11,078 bases of DNA, taken from assembly GCA_042218325.1 (NCBI GenBank), contig JBDGRE010000021.1, positions 5,855 through 16,932 of the forward strand. The letters run 5' to 3'. Under the pieces are notes generated by a model. That model did not search any database. It saw only the letters and a list, made by a program, of their open reading frames with translations, and was not told the DNA's origin. Numbering within the stretch: the first letter of the stretch is position 1; every line of letters begins with the position of its first letter. Position numbers and translations under genes: made by a program. Shown one piece after another: positions 7,736-11,078 of this stretch. Source of the DNA: Candidatus Nanohaloarchaea archaeon (lineage in GTDB: Archaea > Nanohalarchaeota > Nanosalinia > Nanosalinales > Nanosalinaceae).

Positions 7736-8677
7736 CTACGACAGGTAGTCCGCGAAGTACTCCTTCACTCTCTCTATCGCCTGGTCGGGATGGGTGAGCT
7801 TGTCACGCGTATCGATGGGCGAATGGTATATCTCCATTATCCGGTCGAACTCTCCTATGACAAGATCCGTCTTCTCGATGTAATCCCTGTTATGAAGCAC
7901 GAGCGCCTGTCCCAGTATGAAGTCGTCCTGCGTCACGTGCGTTTCCCCTCTCCCGATGGTGTCAACGACAGATATGCGCGAGCAGTCCTGAAGCACGTCG
8001 TGATAGCTTTTCTCGAACTGGCGGTAGCCGTAGCACCAGTAAGTATCCTCGTGGGAGACCTCCTCTGAGCCGGCGAAAACGATGAGCACATCCCCCAGGT
8101 CGAGTTCCGGGGCCAGATGCAGCAGGAGGCTGACGCTGAACGCGTTATCAAGGAAGCCTCCCCACCAGCTGTCGTAGTGTGTGAAAACCACCATCTCCGG
8201 GTCCTCTGTGTTGCCGACCAGGAAGTTCGTTGACTGGTATTCACCCCATTTCACCTCAAGCCGGCCCTCCACCTCATCCGCCTCCAGAACCTTCTGGACG
8301 TCCTGTCGCGAGATGGTCACAGAGGGTGCCTCGTAGAACGTCTGCTTCGAGAGGGCAGGGCAGTGGGGGTTGAAGTTGATGTTCTGCTGGTCGAAATCGC
8401 TGCCACCTATCGATACGTTGTCTATAACATTTTTCTCGTCGATCTTACCGGATTCAAGGCCTGAAGGCAGGCACTCGACCTCCTCGCCGTCCACCCTGAG
8501 CTCGTAGACCGGGAACTCCGGGTAGACAACATCGTACTGCTGTTCCCTGAACTCCAGGCCTTCCGACTGGAGCCTCTTCCTTATGACTGCAGCAGCCTCT
8601 GACTCGTTTTCCCACATCCTTGGAGAGTGCTCACAGAGCTTCTCCGCCGTCTCGATAACTTCCCGCCTGTCGACCAT
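7736..8677 (-). CDS. M28-family Zn-dependent peptidase/amidohydrolase
   Basis: Metal-ligand motifs in M28 order: FTHYDS, GFLDNAFSV, FAGSEEV, VVDTIG, YHSPIDT. SD GGAGGCGA at 8684-8691. No signal peptide is apparent. Confidence 0.82.
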   Translation of the reverse strand: MVDRREVIETAEKLCEHSPRMWENESEAAAVIRKRLQSEGLEFREQQYDVVYPEFPVYELRVDGEEVECLPSGLESGKIDEKNVIDNVSIGGSDFDQQNINFNPHCPALSKQTFYEAPSVTISRQDVQKVLEADEVEGRLEVKWGEYQSTNFLVGNTEDPEMVVFTHYDSWWGGFLDNAFSVSLLLHLAPELDLGDVLIVFAGSEEVSHEDTYWCYGYRQFEKSYHDVLQDCSRISVVDTIGRGETHVTQDDFILGQALVLHNRDYIEKTDLVIGEFDRIMEIYHSPIDTRDKLTHPDQAIERVKEYFADYLS

Positions 8678-8694
8678 GTAGAATCGCCTCCGGT

Positions 8695-8724
8695 AAAGTA
8701 AGAGGAAGAAGAAGGGAAAAAAGG
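8695..8724 (-). terminator. Pyrimidine-rich terminator-like tract
   Basis: Minus strand reads CCTTTTTTCCCTTCTTCTTCCTCTTACTTT immediately after the TAA at 8725. Confidence 0.45.
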
Positions 8725-10018
8725 TTAACGGAGTTCCCGGTCCGCCGCTGCCACCGCTTCCTCGTAGGACATCTCTGCCATGCGAGTGGCGTACTCCTCC
8801 ATGTCCATGGCGTCGTCGACAGCGACCTTTCCACTGGGCGAGCCCGGTGTGTAAAGTGACATCAAGGCCGTATTGAAGGCGTAGTGACCCTCTCCCTCTA
8901 CTCTCTTCGCGGTTTTCTGGTCAAGGAGCTCCTCGACTGCTGCATCCGGCGCGACCACTTCGCCATCCCTCATGCTCGGCTCGCCTATATCGGCGATCGT
9001 GAAGGTCTCGATTCCTACCTCCTCGTCGAGCCTGTCTTCGAGGTCGAGAGCAGTTTCCGGCGCGAACTTGCCGTTAGCGGGAATACCATCCCTCAGCACG
9101 TAGGCCATGTTGGGGTGGGCCGTCGCGGGCAGGAGAACGAAGTTGTAGCCCTCCATTGCAGGAAGCCAGGATTTGCCCTCCTCAAGGGCGCTATCGACCG
9201 AAACTGTTATCTCCTCGCCGTCGAAGGTGCCCTCGTACCACGGCCCGGTATCGTGCTCCAGCTTCAAGGCCCTGCCCTCCGGTATTCCTTCAGGCATGCT
9301 TTCGAGGCTGCTCTCGGCCTCGTAGCTGGTATCCACGAGCACGTGCTCCGGGAAGACGTCGCTCCTGACAAGCCCGTGAAGCGCGTCCCGGTAGACCCCC
9401 TGGAAATCCGGCACCTCATCTGGTTCACTGGCAAGAGTGTCAGGCCCCATCGCGGCCTGGAGCTCGTGAAGCCTGTCGTAATTGTCCGGGTTCGCCCCCA
9501 GCTCTCTCGATGATTTCTGCATCCTCCGCACTGACATCCACCGGATGTTCCTCCAGCATCATCGAGTTTTCAGCCTGCGCCAGGCCTACCTGCGTTATCC
9601 CGTCCTGTGTGGCGACGCTCGGCCAGACGTAGGATCTCTTCTCCGTGTTGTGGTGGACGAACGGGTCCGAGGTCAGCGTGAAGGGCACGACCCTTGTATC
9701 AAGGCCTTTCTCCGCGAGGGCATCCGCCACCGGGTTCCTCGCGACTTCCTCGAATACCTGGGTCTCGATGCGTCCTGGTGCGTGGAGCTGGCGACCCCAT
9801 CCAGCGGTCACCTCGTTCTCGTCGTCGCTTATCACGCCGTGCTCCTGGAGCGAGTCTTCCAGGTCCTGGAAGCTCCAGTGCCCGGTCTCAACTCCCTGGT
9901 CTTCCAGCCACTCATCGTAAGTCTGTTCGAGCGCAGGTAGATTGGCGCGGGAGTGCTCTATGTCCTCTGCAAGCCTTCCTGCGTCCTTGTAGAAGTTCTT
10001 TGTCTCATCTCCCGCCAT
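8725..10018 (-). pseudogene. Single ~430-aa hypothetical protein gene split by a frameshift near 9495-9510 (track ORFs 9440..10027 and 8725..9537)
   Basis: The upstream frame is acidic up to ..EDAEIIE and then turns basic. The downstream frame is basic (MSVRRMQKSS) and becomes acidic from ELGANPDNYD. The crossover falls on GAGAGAG-CT-GGGGG. It may be a true frameshift or an assembly error. Confidence 0.72.
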
Positions 10019-10170
10019 TTCTACCACTGCGGCTGTTTTTACTGGATTTTGAGTCGCATGCGTGGGTCGTGTTTCGGTGTTGTGGTGTCATATCGAATCA
10101 ACTCTAGTATCGATTACAGGATAATCGAGGCGTCCAGTAGAATATCGGTATCAGAACCAGGCAAATGACG

Positions 10171-10191
10171 CCAGAACGCATCCACCCTGAC
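10171..10191. repeat. Direct repeat copy 1, CCAGAACGCATCCACCCTGAC
   Basis: Matches 11023-11044 at 20 of 22 aligned positions (one substitution, one indel). Confidence 0.7.
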
Positions 10192-10275
10192 TATAGAAAA
10201 ATCTCCCCGGAACGATAAAGCGTTCACCCTTCTGCGGGCCGGATACGTCCATCGAACTCATATCAATACCTCTTA

Positions 10276-10346
10276 GAAAAAACACTTAAAAAACATGTGA
10301 CGGAGTGCAGTCTTTCCTGTCATCCGGGCAGACAAAGGAAAAGGGG
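10276..10346 (-). terminator. T-tracts downstream of the 152-aa ORF
   Basis: Minus strand has CCCCCTTTTCCTTTG shortly after the stop and TTTTTTAAGTGTTTTTT further on. The latter could also act as a TATA box for the next minus-strand transcript. Confidence 0.35.
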
Positions 10347-10361
10347 GACGCCGGAAGCGTG

Positions 10362-10820
10362 TCAGCTCCCGGCAGCACCCATGACGTCGTCGACGAAGTC
10401 CTCGACCCCGTATCCGCGGGTGGTCCCGAAGGATGTGCCCGGGTAGGTGTGCCTCTGGGAGACTCTTTCGACGGCCTCGCTGTAGGCTTCATCCCCCCAG
10501 ACCTGCCGGGCGACGTCCCCGATGACCTCCCTGGCGAACCCGTCCTGGACGTGCGGGCTCTCCGTTATGATACCTGCGAAATCGGCAAGGGCCTCCTGGA
10601 CGGTACCAGCTTCATCGTAGCTCCTGTCCGGGTCCACCCTGTAGGTCACTCCCGCGGCCTCCGGATCCCAGTCATCGTCCCGGTAGAAACCGAACTCGAT
10701 GCCCGCGGCCTCGAAGAAGTCTTCTTCTCCCGTGAAGACCGTGTCGTCGACAGCGGACTCGATGGCGTCGATATCGCTGTCCTCCACGGCCACCCAGCCG
10801 GATTCACTGCTGGTCGCCAT
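10362..10820 (-). CDS. Hypothetical very acidic protein (152 aa)
   Basis: D/E-rich ORF with GC-ending codons and SD GGTGA 6 nt upstream of the ATG. No family recognised. Confidence 0.8.
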   Translation of the reverse strand: MATSSESGWVAVEDSDIDAIESAVDDTVFTGEEDFFEAAGIEFGFYRDDDWDPEAAGVTYRVDPDRSYDEAGTVQEALADFAGIITESPHVQDGFAREVIGDVARQVWGDEAYSEAVERVSQRHTYPGTSFGTTRGYGVEDFVDDVMGAAGS

Positions 10821-10896
10821 ACCGGTTCACCGAAGGCTCTGTAGCAGGTTTTGAAGGCTTGCGCTGTACGCCAGTGTGGTTGCGTGGTTTCATCAT
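10804..10896 (-). CDS. Possible 30-aa upstream ORF / leader peptide MMKPRNHTGVQRKPSKPATEPSVNRYGDQQ
   Basis: Strong SD GAGGTGA (10901-10907) precedes ATGATG. The ORF overlaps the start of the 152-aa gene by 17 nt. Its basic composition is atypical for this proteome. Confidence 0.3.
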   Translation of the reverse strand: MMKPRNHTGVQRKPSKPATEPSVNRYGDQQ

Positions 10897-11022
10897 GTGT
10901 TCACCTCAGGAAAACAGCAAACGAAGAAGCGAACACTGCGCCTGTTACAGCAGCAGTGCCAGTAGCAGTAGACCAGACAGAGAAGTCAGGGAGAAGCCGG
11001 AACGAGGGTAAAACTTATTCTC

Positions 11023-11052
11023 CCAGAACGCACCCACCCTTGACAGGGCGGG
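11023..11052. repeat. Direct repeat copy 2 (11023-11044), overlapping a GC-rich hairpin (11033-11052)
   Basis: CCAGAACGCACCCACCCTTGAC. The minus strand CCCGCCCT-GTCA-AGGGTGGG forms an 8-bp stem with one G-U pair. Confidence 0.65.
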
Positions 11053-11078
11053 CCTGGAATCCGCCTGAAAGAGTTGTT

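Noticed and set aside
10019-10261. ATG at 10261 (GAGGT upstream) is in frame with ATG 10018, interrupted only by two TGA codons, suggesting possible stop recoding
   Set aside because: TGA terminates tyrS and other genes here. The extension is not acidic and no SECIS-like or selenoprotein context is evident. At most it is a 36-codon uORF.
8884-10844. Plus-strand ORFs 8884..9513, 9482..9940, 9694..10107, 9953..10168 and 10305..10844
   Set aside because: Antisense shadows of the minus-strand acidic ORFs, with non-ATG starts and no recognisable motifs.
10948-10971. CAGCAGCAGTGCCAGTAGCAGTAG low-complexity run
   Set aside because: Too short and imperfect to call a tandem repeat.
10171-11044. 22-nt repeat pair as a CRISPR array or att sites
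   Set aside because: Only two imperfect copies about 850 bp apart, with no regular spacers, cas genes, integrase or tRNA in the window.
10945-11078. Open minus-strand frame entering from the edge and ending ..RVGAFWENKFYPRSGFSLTSLSGLLLLALLL*
   Set aside because: It could be a gene tail, but it is non-acidic and has no start in the window, so it cannot be supported without flanking sequence.

Overview
Gene-dense archaeal chromosomal segment. The strongly acidic proteins, archaeal-type TyrRS/TopA and TATA-like boxes about 20-35 nt upstream of start codons suggest a halophilic archaeon, probably a nanohaloarchaeon (inference). Housekeeping genes are rtcA (partial, absent from the ORF track), a YbaK/EbsC-family tRNA deacylase, tyrS, a small membrane protein and topA. 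Between them sits a lower-GC two-gene insert: an HDAC-family deacetylase and an upstream ORF that appears to be a divergent GNAT acetyltransferase, possibly a writer/eraser pair. The right third is accessory: an orphan ORF, an M28-like Zn peptidase, a ~430-aa gene split by a frameshift at a GA repeat, another orphan, and two non-coding regions that share a colinear set of sequence blocks. I saw no rRNA, tRNA, CRISPR array or transposase. All family calls come from motif recognition by eye, not database searches.
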